DNA of 64,000 nucleotides from Eledone cirrhosa (GCA_964016885.1 OZ024743.1:74462001-74526000); one strand, 5' to 3'; positions 1 to 13,961 are shown, counted from the stretch's first letter. The notes: generated by a model from the sequence alone, not told the origin. Made by a program: numbers and translations.

Positions 1-830
1 TGTTGTATCAAGCACTTAATTGAAGCATAGTATAGGCCTACTATCAAATTATTGACTTTGTTGTGCACGGTGACTGATTGATAGTAGCCAATTGAGAATG
101 TGATATTTCCGTCTGCCGTAAAGGAATCATGCAGGAAAATAGCAGTTCCACCCTTCCTTCTGCCGACACGATCCGCGCGGATGGTTTTAAAATTCCTCAC
201 CTTCACTTCGGCTTTCAAGTGGGAGTTGTCGAAATGGATCTCAGTAAGGATAAAGAATGGATATGGTGTGGATGGTTGCCAAGCCAGTCCTCAACTGGAC
301 CTGCCATTTTCGTGTATTGATGGAAGGGCTGACACATTGGACATTGAGTAAAAATGTTAAGGCTAGAGTCATGGCTGATTTTGACTGTTGCAAGGGGCTT
401 GTTGTGTGTTTGTGTGTTAGTGACAGCAATAGGGGGAGTTGGTGCACGGGGGTAATAGCAGAAGTTGGTGTTGTGTGATAGCTAGAAGATGTTTTTGTAT
501 CACTTTTGGCAGGTCCATTATGGCTAAAAACGAGTTTTCTTGTTTAGGGAGCAGTTGCTGACTGGGGTGTGGTTGCACTGTTGGATAAGGTTATAGTTTC
601 CACTTTTGGTTGTGATTTTATACCTTCGTGAAAAGTCTGGACCAGCAATAATGCAGCAGGGAGTGTTTTTACCGTGGGTTACATATTGGAGTGAAGCTTC
701 ATTTCTGTTAGTGCATCGAGTCCCTGGAAGATGAGTGAAGGGATAAGATCTATGAGTTCAGTTTGACTCGTTTTGAGAAAAAGGCAAAGTTGACATTGAC
801 GGGATTTGAATTTGTAACATTAACAATCGA
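1..830 (-). mobile_element. Decayed APE-endonuclease LINE fragment (CR1/L2-like): probable end of ORF1 plus start of the endonuclease; runs off the window edge
   Basis: Minus-strand translation of ~110-260 gives FFILTEIHFDNSHLKAEVKVRNFKTIRADRVGRRKGGTAIFLHDSL, matching the APE motifs LTETW, R.DR and GGGVAIY; frameshifts and stops upstream. Confidence 0.6.
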
Positions 831-984
831 AAAAAGTACACTCATACACACACACATGCTCACAAACACACCCGAACACAGACACACTCACGCACACTCA
901 CACACACATACATTTACACATACACACACACAAGTCAAAACTTCAAGCGCAAGAGATGAACGAAGCATCCAAAATATGCTCTTT

Positions 985-1425
985 TTAGCTGTTGACCTGC
1001 TAGAAATAACAGCTAAACTTTCCCGATATCAGCCTTTCCTTTATAATATGATCTCTTCAGCTGTTGACCTGTTAGAAATAACAACCAAGCTTACCCGAAA
1101 GCACCCCTTCATCCATAATATGATCTCTTGACCTGCTAGAAATAACAGCCAAACTTGCCCGAAATCATCCTTTCATCCATTACATGATCTCTTGAACTGT
1201 TGACATGCTAGAAATAACAGCCAAACTTATCCGAAATCACCTCTTCATCCATACTATGATCTCTTGACCTGCTAGAAATAACAGCCAAACTTTCCCGAAA
1301 TTACCCCTTCATCCATACTATGATCTCTTGACCTGCTAGAAATAACAGCCAAACTTGCCCGAAATTACCCCTTCATCCATACTATGATCTCTTGACCTGC
1401 TAGAAATAACAGCCAAATTTGCCCC
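985..1425 (+). repeat. 64-73 bp minisatellite, 7 units (GACCTGCTAGAAATAACAGCCAAACTT...TATGATCTCTT); a solo unit near 2640-2690
   Basis: Units start near 993, 1066, 1130, 1202, 1266, 1330 and 1394. Confidence 0.9.
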
Positions 1426-1669
1426 TCCCAGGACACTCTCGATATATACTTGTAACACAAACAATTGAAATAACTACCGCAAGGTATTTTGTCTGCTATA
1501 CTAACGACTGTTACGTCCCTGTCATATAATATATGTTTATGTATTTGGGAATTTACCAACTTCCTCACTTCTCTTCTTACTCTTTGTTCTTTTCATTGAA
1601 ACTCTCACCCACATTTGCTGCTTCTACATATTTCACTCCCACGTCGATTACAGCTCGTATCGATATGTA

Positions 1670-2373
1670 GACACACATACACATACAGATACACACATAC
1701 ACATACAGATATACTGACATACACATACAGATACACACACATACACATACAGCTACACATACAGCTACACACACATACACATACACATACACATACACAT
1801 ACATAGACATACAGCTATACACATACACATACAGCTACACACACAGATCTATCTCATTTATATACGTATACACACACATACAGATATACACACATACACA
1901 TACAGCTACACACACAGATCTATCTCATTTATATACGTATACACACACATACAGATATACACACATACACATACAGCTACACACACGCACGCACAGATCG
2001 ATCTCATATATATAAATATACGTATACACACACACACACACAGATTGCTCTCACGTTTACACACAATACGTGTCTCATACACACATACAGTCTCATACAC
2101 ACAGATTGCTTTGATATTTACACACGATACATATACTTATATATACATACAACCACACACATATATTGCTCTCGCGTATACACACAATGTGTATACGCAC
2201 ACACATACAACAGATTGCTCCTGCGAATACACACAATGTGTATACGCACACACATACAGCCTATTTTCATGTTTACACACGATACTAATATATTCATAAT
2301 AATGAAATTACAAGATTTGCAGTCACACATACATACATACAGCTACATACACAGATACAGACAGTCAGTCGCA

Positions 2374-2409
<36 letters not shown>

Positions 2410-2580
2410 CTGTCACACATACACATCCAAACAGACACATACACTGATTTACTCACGCACACACAAACACATTCACACACGCGCGCAAACGCACACACAC
2501 ACACACAAACACATTCACCCCAACCCACCCCAACCCACCCCACACACACACACCCACACACATATACATACATACAAATC
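1670..2580. repeat. Degenerate CA/TACA-rich simple repeat
   Basis: Direct reading. Confidence 0.9.
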
Positions 2581-2869
2581 AAAACTTCAAGCCGGGGGAG
2601 GGGGGGGGGGATGATCGCATTATCCAAAACATGATCTCTTGAGCCGTTGACCTGCTAGAAATAACAGCCAAAGTTGCCCTAAATCAGCCCTCCCCCAGAC
2701 AGACTGGATGTAGTACTCCCTGTTATACGGGATGCTCACTGACTGAATATCTTTCATTGAGGGTTCAAATAGACTCACACACATACATCTACACACACAT
2801 ATACATGTATGCATGTGCACGACCTTGGGCGTAGAGACACAAACATATATTTACACATACATATACATT

Positions 2870-2919
<50 letters not shown>

Positions 2920-2990
2920 GTTTAAGAAGATCCCGTTAAGGGTGAAAGCAGAGATTCTTTGCTTAAACTTTAATCTGTTATTTAAATAAG

Positions 2991-3021
<31 letters not shown>

Positions 3022-3229
3022 CGTTTCTGAATTTGTTTAGTAAGATTCTTTATCTGAAAACGTGTGTTGAAACCGATATTGTTATACTTTGGGAGGGTCA
3101 TGTTGCCAATAAGAAACACACGCACCAGATGCTTTCACTTCAATTTATTATAATAAATTTATAAATTTAGGAATTTATAAATTTACGGTTGGTTGGTTGG
3201 TTCCACAACCAGATGGTTGTTTATATATT

Positions 3230-3272
3230 GTCAAAGTTCTTTCGTCACACATTCTGTGACCTCTTCAGTGAC
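3230..3272 (-). ncRNA. Minimal type I hammerhead ribozyme (PLE pLTR)
   Basis: Reverse complement of the 4658-4700 motif. Confidence 0.75.
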
Positions 3273-3540
3273 TGGGGATTCTTTTCTTTGTTTTTGTGCC
3301 TCTCCTTTGTTCTGTCCTACGCCATCTTGTTTCTATGTGTGTGTTGTGTGCTCAGTCTGCGCATGCGCCACATCCGGGTGTCTGTGTGTGTTTATATTCG
3401 TTTATTTATTTGTTTATTTTCATGTTACTGTAGGATTTGTTTTTTGTTATTAATGGTATCTAACCAGAGCTCTGTGTCTAGTACAGGTAATCGATGGTTT
3501 GGGGTGTTTGTTTGGGTAGTCTATAGTAATTCTAATACTC

Positions 3541-4456
3541 CATTCCCATTATGCCAAACCCATGACTTCCAAATATCTGATCCACCGAAACTCAGCTGTT
3601 TCGGACCATACCAAAATCAACATACTGATTGCGGATTTGGTACGGGTGATGAGAAACGTGTCCCGCATTTGCAACCCTGAAGAAGAACTAGAGAGACACA
3701 TACAACACTTCATCCACCGTATGCAGTTCTCTGGTTACAATCAGAGAGATAAAATCAGAGTGTATAGAGGAGCCAGAACCAAATGGGAAAAAATGGTAAA
3801 TAATGACACAAATGGAACCTGCCCCTTGTATAGGAGCAAATTTTGGAATAGAATAGAAAGAACTAGGAATGTGGCTAATAGAATAAACTCATGGTATGAT
3901 AGCAATAAATACCAGAGTATAATGTTCATAGATACAATCCCCTAGAGGTGAATTAGCTTACACATTTAGAAGGGCCCTAGATAAACATAAACTCAATATT
4001 AAGATAGTAGAAAGACCAGGTACCTCCATAAAAACACTTATTAGCAAGACATACCCTTTTCAAAGACCCACCTGTATAGATAAGAAATGTATAACCTGTA
4101 AATTAAGACCCCATATTAACTGTAAAACTAGAAATGTAGTATATAGCATAAGATGTACTGAAGGACAATGTAGAGATAAGAATATAGTGTACATAGGTGA
4201 GACAGCTCGTAGTGTAGGGGAACGGATAAATGAACACTGGCGAGACCTTCAAGATAGTAAAGAATCATCTGTACTCTACCAACATGCTAAAATAGAACAT
4301 AAGGGTAAATTAGAGAACATAGAAATAAAAATAGAATCTACACACAGTAAAGACGCAATGTTTAGACAAATCACAGAGGCAATAAACATAAAAGAATTAC
4401 AACCAAAATTAAATAGAAAACATGAGTGGAACAGCAACATCACAACTTACAATTAA
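3541..4456 (+). pseudogene. PLE polyprotein C-terminus: RT thumb, Cys-rich linker and GIY-YIG endonuclease (frameshift near 3943)
   Basis: HYAKPMTSKYLIHRNSA...; VERPGTSIKTLISKTYPF..C..C..C..C; NVVYSIRC...YIGETARSVGERINEH...RQITEAINI..LQPKLN. Confidence 0.88.
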
Positions 4457-4657
4457 GGACAAAATGAAAACACACACGCACATAGAACAAACAACCAACC
4501 AGTAACATGTAAATAAACAAATAAATAAACGAATATAAACAGACACAGACACCCGGATGTGGCGCATGCGCAGACTGAGCACACAACACACACACAGAAA
4601 CAAGATGGCGTAGGACAGAACAAAGGAGAGGCACAAAAACAAAGAAAAGAATCCCCA

Positions 4658-4700
4658 GTCACTGAAGAGGTCACAGAATGTGTGACGAAAGAACTTTGAC
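4658..4700 (+). ncRNA. Minimal type I hammerhead ribozyme (PLE pLTR)
   Basis: GTCA-CTGAAGA-G-GTCACA(gaatg)TGTGAC-GAAA-gaac-TT-TGAC. Confidence 0.75.
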
Positions 4701-4941
4701 AATATATAAACAACCATCTGGTTGTGGAACCAACCAACCGTAAATTTATAAATTCCTAAATTTATAAATTTATTATAATAAATTGAAGTGAAAGCATCTG
4801 GTGCGTGTGTTTCTTATTGGTCATGTTGCCAATAAGAAACACACGCACCAGATGCTTTCACTTCAATTTATTATAATAAATTTATAAATTTAGGAATTTA
4901 TAAATTTACGGTTGGTTGGTTGGTTCCACAACCAGATGGTT

Positions 4942-4989
<48 letters not shown>

Positions 4990-4993
<4 letters not shown>

Positions 4994-5315
4994 TAAAAAA
5001 ATGAAAAATCAGTGATGCATCTGGACTCAGTTTATAGCGTGTTACAATTTTTTTGCCGGCAGGTAGCTCGAGACATGATCACTGTATGGATCTGGCTGAT
5101 TCTCTACGGCTGCAGGTTCCTTCGGACACGGGCAATTCGTTTGGAGCAAATTTTCACACTGCCGGCGAGACAATTGTAACACGCAATAAACTGAGTCCAG
5201 ATGCATCACTGATTTTTCGTTTTTTTATACTATTCACACTCTGCTCTGTATAAATATTGAGTGCTAATTTTGGCATACCGCCTATGGAAGCACCATAGCT
5301 ACCATTATACACACG
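4990..5315. mobile_element. Fold-back PLE-derived unit in (TA)n with degenerate hammerhead and 3' tail
   Basis: Arms 4990-5062 and 5159-5231; minus strand CGTGT-CCGAAGG...TA-ACACG; tail 5232-5315 with ACTC...GAGTGCT. Confidence 0.7.
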
Positions 5316-5334
5316 TATATATATATATATATAA

Positions 5335-5615
5335 AGGAGTGTGGTAAGTAACCAGGTGGACCATAATGCACCAGAGTACTCAACAGCTAAGCTCCGGCCG
5401 TTTCGACAACTAGTTCTGAACTGAGCTAGCTTTCGAAACGGTTGGAGCTCAGCCGTCTATTTATGGACGGCTATTTCGTTCAGAAATAGGCGTCGAAACG
5501 GCTTGAGCTCTGCCGTCGGGGTCCTGACACTTTTCCTATTACCCACTCTACTACCCAAAGTATCGAGTACTCTGGTGCGTTATGGTCCACCTGGTTCCTT
5601 ACCACACTCCCTTAG
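5335..5615. mobile_element. Fold-back remnant of the 42488-45167 PLE family end
   Basis: GTC-GAAA-CGGC..GAGCTC..GCCG-TC-GGGGT at ~5490-5522; tail GGTCCACCTGGTTCCTTACCACAC present in both orientations; other pieces at ~14460-14500 and 14840-14925. Confidence 0.7.
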
Positions 5616-5695
5616 TTATTTATATATATATCAAGGGAGGTCGGACTATACTTGTATCCCTATGTGTATTATTTACATGTAGGAACACATACTTT

Positions 5696-5734
<39 letters not shown>

Positions 5735-5744
5735 GAAATACACA

Positions 5745-6050
5745 CACATATATTCATATGTATATGTGTGTGTGGTGTCCGCCTTAACAAGTTTTGCTCG
5801 ATGACCGAAAGAGCCAAAATAACTAAAATAATTAAAATAACTCAATAAACAGAACTATGATAATTAGTCCTGATTATTGAAGGGGTCGATAAAATAAAGT
5901 ACCAGTAATGCACTGTGTAATTGCTGGTCTTGTGCCAAAAGTAGAAATAATTATTGAATTATTTTGATTATTTTGATTATTTCATCTCTTTCGGTCATCG
6001 AGCAACGCTTAAGGCGGACACCACACACACACATATACATATGAATATAT
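5745..6050. repeat. ~100-bp inverted repeat enclosing a SINE 3' fragment (5881-5955)
   Basis: GTGGTGTCCGCCTTAA...GCTCGATGACCGAAAGAG versus CTCTTTCGGTCATCGAGC...TTAAGGCGGACACCAC. Confidence 0.8.
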
Positions 6051-6175
6051 ATATATGTATATATATATACACAAACGAAGACGGGTGAACTGCACTACCT
6101 TGAGTGCTCTCCACAATATTACACCAAGATTGACTATACGGAATTCTATCCAGTGGGGAACCAACAAACCTAAAG

Positions 6176-6236
<61 letters not shown>

Positions 6237-6292
6237 GAGGTTATATTTAATTTGTTGGGATACAACAAGCTTAAAAATATTGTATTGTATTG

Positions 6293-6358
6293 TATTTTAT
6301 CTGATGAAAGCGCACCATAATTTGCCTTGGTGGCCCTTGAAATATGTATAATAAAATA
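6293..6358 (+). ncRNA. Type I hammerhead ribozyme
   Basis: TATTTTAT-CTGATGA-helix II-GAAA-tatgta-TA-ATAAAATA; same family as the 22796 and 47434 motifs. Confidence 0.75.
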
Positions 6359-6396
6359 AATATGGTTTTATAAATATAGTTTCCATTTGTTAATAT

Positions 6397-6428
<32 letters not shown>

Positions 6429-6476
6429 TATATCAAAATGAAAATCCGAAGGAAAGGTAAAATTCCAATCATTTAA

Positions 6477-6550
6477 TCACGACACGTGTTTTAATAAGAG
6501 ATAGATCGATTGTGAATCCATGATCGATTATCACTGATCTCATCAGGTGA
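6477..6550 (-). ncRNA. Hammerhead-like motif with GAAA mutated to AAAA
   Basis: TCAC-CTGATGA-long helix II-AAAA-cacgtg-TC-GTGA. Confidence 0.55.
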
Positions 6551-7011
6551 AAATGGATTGTCTTCAAATTCTTGATATGAGGGAAGGGAGAAAAAATAAC
6601 GATGTTCTCTCATAGAATTCATTCCCTCATATAATAATTGGAGATATACAAAAGCGTGGAGAACTAATATTGCTAACATAAAGTTATTGGACCATTTTAC
6701 ACAACCAATAATGCACCTTACTATATATATATATATATATATAAGGTTAATATATATTTCCGGGGGTACATTGTACCCTCAGATATATATTAACCTTATT
6801 CAATAATCTCCAGTATGTAGAGATAAATCTTTGTCGTTCTATTTAGTTGCTAAAAATCTTTTTTAGTAGCGATCATAGACGGCTAGTCTACGATTTCCCG
6901 CCTTCACTATACACCAATGTATTTACGGGTCACTTTCAGACCTGTATTAGTTGGAGTGAGGTCATATATTTTGTCGTTCCTGGGGTTTTTAACCCTAGGA
7001 CAGGAAAATGC

Positions 7012-7089
7012 TTCTCTGATGATCGTTGCTTTTCCATTAATATCCTCGTGATATTTAATGTTTTGCACCGTGAAACTGTACAGTTAGGG
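7012..7089 (+). ncRNA. Type I hammerhead ribozyme
   Basis: TTCT-CTGATGA-extended helix II-GAAA-ctgtacag-TT-AGGG. Confidence 0.65.
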
Positions 7090-7204
7090 CCATTTGAATA
7101 GGTAAATATTTATATTATATTTTTTAATTTTGATTAATTTTAATTGTATATTAATTTTGATTTATTTTGAAAAATTGGTTGAATTTTACTTGTTCTGCTT
7201 ATCT

Positions 7205-7324
<120 letters not shown>

Positions 7325-7339
7325 CAAGATAAGCAGAAC

Positions 7340-7390
<51 letters not shown>

Positions 7391-7592
7391 TATAATTTCT
7401 TTACACGCCAGTCCAACATGGGCTGGCGCCATCTGAGGACGAAGAATTAAATTCTCTCCCCGCACGAAATCGTTTTTCTCACTATTAACGTATAAGTGTA
7501 CACTCTGCTTTCCTTTTTGGTTGGTATCCTAATGATGCTGGCTTAATTAAAGCATTGTTTGAATGACAGAACGGTCGGAGATACACCGTTTC

Positions 7593-7980
7593 AGGTGGAT
7601 TGGCAACATTGGTAGAGGGTCCGACGCTATGCTTTGACGCATAGAGTTACGGTCCTTGCCATTCTGAGTTCAAATCCCGCCGAGGTTAACTTTGACTTTC
7701 ATCCCTACCGGGTCGATAAAATAAAGTACCAGTAATGCACTGGGTAATTGCTGGCCTTGTGCCAAAAGTAGAAACAATTATTATTAAGGGTGGTGGTTTG
7801 GCAGTATCGGTGAAGCGTCAGACACCATGATTTGCAGCACGGAGTTATGGCCGTTTATGTTCTGAATTCAAATCCGCCAAGGTTAACTTTACATTTCCTC
7901 CTTACGGGGCCGATAAGGTAAAGTACCAGTAATGCACTGGGATCATTTCTGGTCTTGTGCCAGAAGTAGAAACAATTATT
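7593..7980 (+). mobile_element. Two tandem tRNA-derived SINEs (family A)
   Basis: A-box-like TGGCAG/TGGCAA, B-box GAGTTCAAATCC, body CTTTCATCC..GGGTCGATAAAATAAAGTACCAG, (ATT)n tail. Confidence 0.85.
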
Positions 7981-8015
7981 ATATATATAAATATAAATAT
8001 ATACAGAGAGAGAGA

Positions 8016-8161
<146 letters not shown>

Positions 8162-8589
8162 GTTCCACAACAAATTAGCACACCATACACAGAGGACTCG
8201 ACTTTCACCTTACACAATCCTACCCAACAACAAAATACAAGTTTGAACTAGCCAAAGACACACAACACCAAATATAATCCACCAGTTAAATATAAACTGG
8301 ATTAAAACCTGTGTCAGTTAAACAGTCATGGGTTTGCCCCAATATATATTATATATTATCAGCTCCACGTTCAGTATTGACACCTTGCTCCTCTCATTGC
8401 TGTAAGAATCACTGAGGGAACCATAGTATGGTAACTATAAGTTAAATCCCATCGATAGTAACTATGTTTAACTGCAGACATTAAAAATAACAACCAAATC
8501 TCTCTCAAATCACATTCTGATCTTAAGAAGTGGAACGTCATTTAGTTAGAAATAGTTGAACAGATTTTATCAGCTCTGCTCAAATGACG

Positions 8590-9220
8590 CTGACTTTCAC
8601 CTAGTTTCACTGCAGGAATGAAAATCAGTAGAGTGAAGACAGAGACATTCGTTCACTCAAAGAAACCTGCGCAGCGCACTCTACATGTGAATGGAGTTCC
8701 TACTGAAACAGGTGGGGAATTTCAAGTGTCTCGGGGTCGTGTTCATGAATCATGGAAGAGGGAAAGTTGAATTAAGTGCTAGAATTGCAGGAGCTAGTGC
8801 TGTAATACACTAGCATTCAGTAATCAGAAGAAGGGAGGTAGGTGTAAAAGCCAACCACACTATCTTCAATTTTATATTTGTGCCCACCCTTACATATGAT
8901 CAGGAAATTTGGGTAATGAATGAAAGAATACAAGCGGTCGAAATAGGGTTCCTTTGAAGGGACTTTGGAGTAACGCTACTCAATAGAGTGCGTAGCTCGG
9001 AGTTTAGAGAGTCACTTTAGATAGAGCCGCTACTTCCCAGAATTGAGAGATCTCAGCTCCGATAAAATGGGCATGTGGTTAGAATGTCTCAGGAATGAAT
9101 CGCTGGGCAGACTTTACGCGTAAAGGCAACCAGCAAAACTAGAAAGTAGACTCCGACTTGGCTGGTTTCGTTTAGGGATCCAACAAGATCAATTGTAGAC
9201 GGTTTCCTCTGACATGACCT
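8590..9220 (+). mobile_element. Decayed RTE-like LINE, RT C-terminal part
   Basis: GMKISRVKTE, FKCLG, ARIAGASA, FVPTLTY, RIQAVEIGFL*R, RSQLR*NGHVVRM. Confidence 0.75.
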
Positions 9221-9221
9221 G

Positions 9222-9299
<78 letters not shown>

Positions 9300-9316
9300 T
9301 TGAAATAACAGATTAA

Positions 9317-9367
9317 AGTTTAAGCAAAGAATCGCTGCTTTCACCCTTAACGGGATCTTCTGAAACT
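9317..9367 (-). ncRNA. Hammerhead-like motif with U4A core (CAGAAGA); family copies at ~2920, ~9590, ~9646, 39330 and 40939
   Basis: AGTTT-CAGAAGA-t-CCC(gttaa)GGG-t-GAAA-GCA...TGC-TT-AAACT. Confidence 0.6.
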
Positions 9368-9393
9368 AAAAAAGTCAATCTGTGAACGCAGAA

Positions 9394-9460
<67 letters not shown>

Positions 9461-9578
9461 ATATATTATAGATATATAGTAATAATAATAAATGTGAAGA
9501 CTAAAATCCGAAGAGGGCTCGATAAGGATAATAAATATATAAAAATATATAAAAACCGTAGAGCAAATATTTATTAAA

Positions 9579-9707
9579 ATAACAGATTAATGTTTAAACA
9601 AAGAATCGCTGCTTTCACCCTTAACGGGATCTTCTGAACCGTGCTTCAGAAGATCCCGTTAAGGGTGAAAGCAGCGAATCTTTGCTTAAACTTTAATCTG
9701 TTATTTA
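9579..9707. repeat. Fold-back of the CAGAAGA hammerhead family
   Basis: ~57-bp arms around a loop at ~9636-9648. Confidence 0.85.
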
Positions 9708-9737
9708 AATAATTATTATTATATAAATATATATATA

Positions 9738-10614
<877 letters not shown>

Positions 10615-11051
10615 TGTATGTATATGTGTGTGTGTGTGTGTATGTATGCATTTATATGTGTGTGTGTGTGTGCCTGTATGTATATAGAAGCATGTGTTTC
10701 TGTTTGTATTAATAGAAACATGTGTATGTGCGTAGAATATACTATGAAGTACGTATTATATTTGTATAGATACACATATAATACGTAGATTGTAATACAT
10801 TCTACGTGTGTAGGATGTTAACAAATTGAAACATCTACCGAGGGGTGACATCATAGTTCCTTAATCTAAACAGAATAAATGTAAAGTCTCCCTTTAATCT
10901 AAAACCAGCGTCTTAAAAAACGGGATGAAACATTAGATAGTGTAGTTGTAGATGTAAAAATTTGATGATAGTGAGTGGAACACTCTTGTGTCAACACTGA
11001 CTTTGGGCGAAGCTACAATAAAGATCAAAAACTCTATTCCTATACATTTTC

Positions 11052-11888
11052 TGTACATAACTTCATATACCCACATGTACATAACTTCATATACCCACAT
11101 GTACATAACTTCATATACCTACATGTACATAACTTCATATACCCACATGTACATAACTTCATATACCTACATGTACATAACTTCATATACCCACATGTAC
11201 ATAACTTCATATAATATACCCACATGTACATAACTTCATATACCTACATGTACATAACTTCATATACCTACATGTACATAACTTCATATACCCGCATGTA
11301 CATAACTTCATATACCCACATGTACATAACTTCATATAATATACCCACATGTACATAACTTCATATACCTACATGTACATAACTTCATATACCTACATGT
11401 ACATAACTTCATATACCCACATGTACATAACTTTATATACCTACATGTACATAACTTCATATACCCACATGTACATAACTTCATATACCCGCATGTACAT
11501 AACTTCATATACCCACATGTACATAACTTCATATACCTACATGTACATAACTTCATATACCTACATGTACATAACTTCATATACCCACATGTACATACCT
11601 TCATATACCCACATGTACATAACTTCATATTCCCACATGTACATAACTTCATATACCTACATGTACATAACTTCATATACCTACATTACATAACTTCATA
11701 TACCCACATGTACATAACTTCATATACCTACATTACATAACTTCATATACCCACATGTACATAACTTCATATACCTACATGTACATAACTTCATATACCT
11801 ACATGTACATAACTTCATATACCTACATGTACATAACTTCATATACCCACATGTACATAACTTCATATACCCACATGTACATAACTTC
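11052..11888 (+). repeat. 24-bp minisatellite ACATGTACATAACTTCATATACC(C/T), about 34 units
   Basis: Direct reading; 8-aa periodic pseudo-ORFs. Confidence 0.97.
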
Positions 11889-11986
11889 ATATACCCACAT
11901 GTACATAACGCAGAATGCTCACACAAACACTCGCACTTGCACAGCATACATGAATACACACACGCATATATGTATGTATATTTTCC

Positions 11987-12051
<65 letters not shown>

Positions 12052-12074
12052 AACTTGACTGTCACCACACATTA

Positions 12075-12113
12075 TGAACCTGAAGATTGCGAAAGCATGA
12101 AAGTACTTGTTCA
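12075..12113 (+). ncRNA. Minimal type I hammerhead within a solo arm (12048-12270) of the 18878 family
   Basis: TGAAC-CTGAAGA-t-TGC(gaaa)GCA-t-GAAA-gtac-TT-GTTCA. Confidence 0.82.
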
Positions 12114-12271
12114 ATTAACACTTAACATTTAATATTCTACCATACTATTTCATTATAATACAATTATAAATTTTAAAGGATTGTAAATAAAACGAGTAAA
12201 TCGGAGAAAGTTGGAATTCCTTTTATTAATATAATCTTCTATACACAATCATACACACCCGTGTATATTTA

Positions 12272-12357
<86 letters not shown>

Positions 12358-12401
12358 TATATACATATGTATGTATGTATATATATATATTCATATATAT
12401 A

Positions 12402-12835
12402 TATTATAAAGTGAAATTACAAGAGGCCAAAAAAGTTGAATTTCCTTAATTATTTATTAATGCAAACACTATGCACATTTCAGTGGCCAGCTTGCGTAAG
12501 AACCTGGTGACATCTTCAGGTGTAAATTGCGTAATAGATGTATACCAACGGAAGGAAGGTAAACTTTATGGAAAAAAGGAAAGAAAAAAGCAGGGAAGAG
12601 AAATGTGTGTTTATGTTTTTGACCAAGAGACGAATAAATAATCAAGGAAATTCAACATATTTAGCCTCCTGTAATTTCACTTTATAATACATTTACTCCG
12701 TTCCCGCACCACCACCATAATTCAACATCTAGGATGGATGAGTAGCATAAGGTCGAGTGCTTTTCTAATATTACGTTACGGTTAACATTGCAGAATGACC
12801 AATTCTAACCAGTGATAAACCACGAAATTTAAGCG
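12402..12835. mobile_element. Fold-back PLE-derived unit in (TA)n
   Basis: Arms 12402-12458 and 12633-12689, tail 12690-12835; related to ~39060-39300 and ~40665-40905. Confidence 0.72.
12466..12523 (-). ncRNA. Type I hammerhead ribozyme
   Basis: ACAC-CTGAAGA-helix II-GAAA-tgtgca-TA-GTGT. Confidence 0.72.
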
Positions 12836-12963
12836 CATATATATATATATATATATATATAAATTTCTCACCAATATACATATCAATGTAAAGAGATCGC
12901 CCTCAGTGATATATATATATATATATATATATTTCATTTTATTTATATATATATATATATATA

Positions 12964-13428
12964 GGGCGGGTAAAATTCCCGAGATCCATGGACGTGTTCT
13001 CTCCAGCCGTCTCTGTCGCTCATTATCGATGCCATGTCCTGCGTCTCCAAAAGGCCAGTGTCTGTCCTTAGGACATCAACATATATTAATCTCGGTCTTC
13101 CTCTTCCAAGTCCAAGGCATTACACCTGATGGGATTACAGAGTTCTTTGAGAGTGTTCCAGGGAGATACATTTGCTCCCTACCTTTTTATCATCGCAGTG
13201 AACTATTGTATGTGCCTTCTGCTGGAGAAACACCAGGATTCTGGCTTTACTGTAACACTGGCTCAGAGCAGGAGAATTAAAGCGAAAAAGATATTCGCTG
13301 GTGAATTTGCCGACGACATAGTTCTGGTGACAAACACAGTGAAGGAGGCAGAGGATTTGATGCAGTAGGTGGAGTCAGTGTCGATGAGTGTGGGGCTGAG
13401 AATGAATGAGATTAAGACGAAGTTTATT
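12964..13428. mobile_element. RTE-like LINE with internal inversion: 3' end on the minus strand (12964-13090), RT core on the plus strand (~13095-13428)
   Basis: FQGDTFAPYLFII..., EFADDIVL, VGLRMNEIKTK on +; GRGRPRLIYVD-type C-terminus on -, homologous to 41508-41660. Confidence 0.8.
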
Positions 13429-13961
13429 TATATATCTAAAATAAACATGTGAAACAATCACAGGGAATAATTTGTAAAAGTGTGTAAGCACACATATCAA
13501 GGTAGGTAACTAATTAAAGTTTAACTAGAACTTTAAATATAGATACTTTATAAATTGATTAATCTTCCTTGTATATATTTCATTAAAGAAATATATTTCA
13601 CCATCAATGGATCGGTAAACCACAGTAGCCAAACCCGTATTTTCAACAAGGGAGAAGATTTAACTATCTGTGTTTACACAGCAAATTCAAATCTGATAAT
13701 GACTAGCAGCACGTGTTGCATTTTTTTTAAATACACACATCGTACCAGCGTCATCCCAGTGGCGTGAATAGGGTTAACAACAATACGATGTCGGCCCCGA
13801 CGGAGGTGTGGCAACAAATATATTTATATATAATTTATACACACAAACATCACATACATATATCAGAAACCGTAGTGATCTCGAAGGGTTGGCTGTCGTC
13901 TTTCCGTTGTTTTTTTCATTGTCTCTTTCTGGTATATGTATTTTGAATACATATCTATCTA

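Larger units (their letters stand above)
3019..4945. mobile_element. Penelope-like element with inverted pLTR arms, inserted in (TA)n
   Basis: ~3100-3430 is the reverse complement of ~4500-4820; RT/GIY-YIG coding remnant lies between; hammerheads in both arms; (TA)n on both flanks. Confidence 0.9.

Noticed and set aside
6868-6945. Hammerhead-like minus-strand fold with a long helix III
   Set aside because: Core CTGAAAG and helix I do not fit; too degenerate to call
11052-11888. ATAACTTCATATA resembles a loxP arm (12/13)
   Set aside because: Only direct repeats, with no inverted partner across an 8-bp spacer; chance similarity
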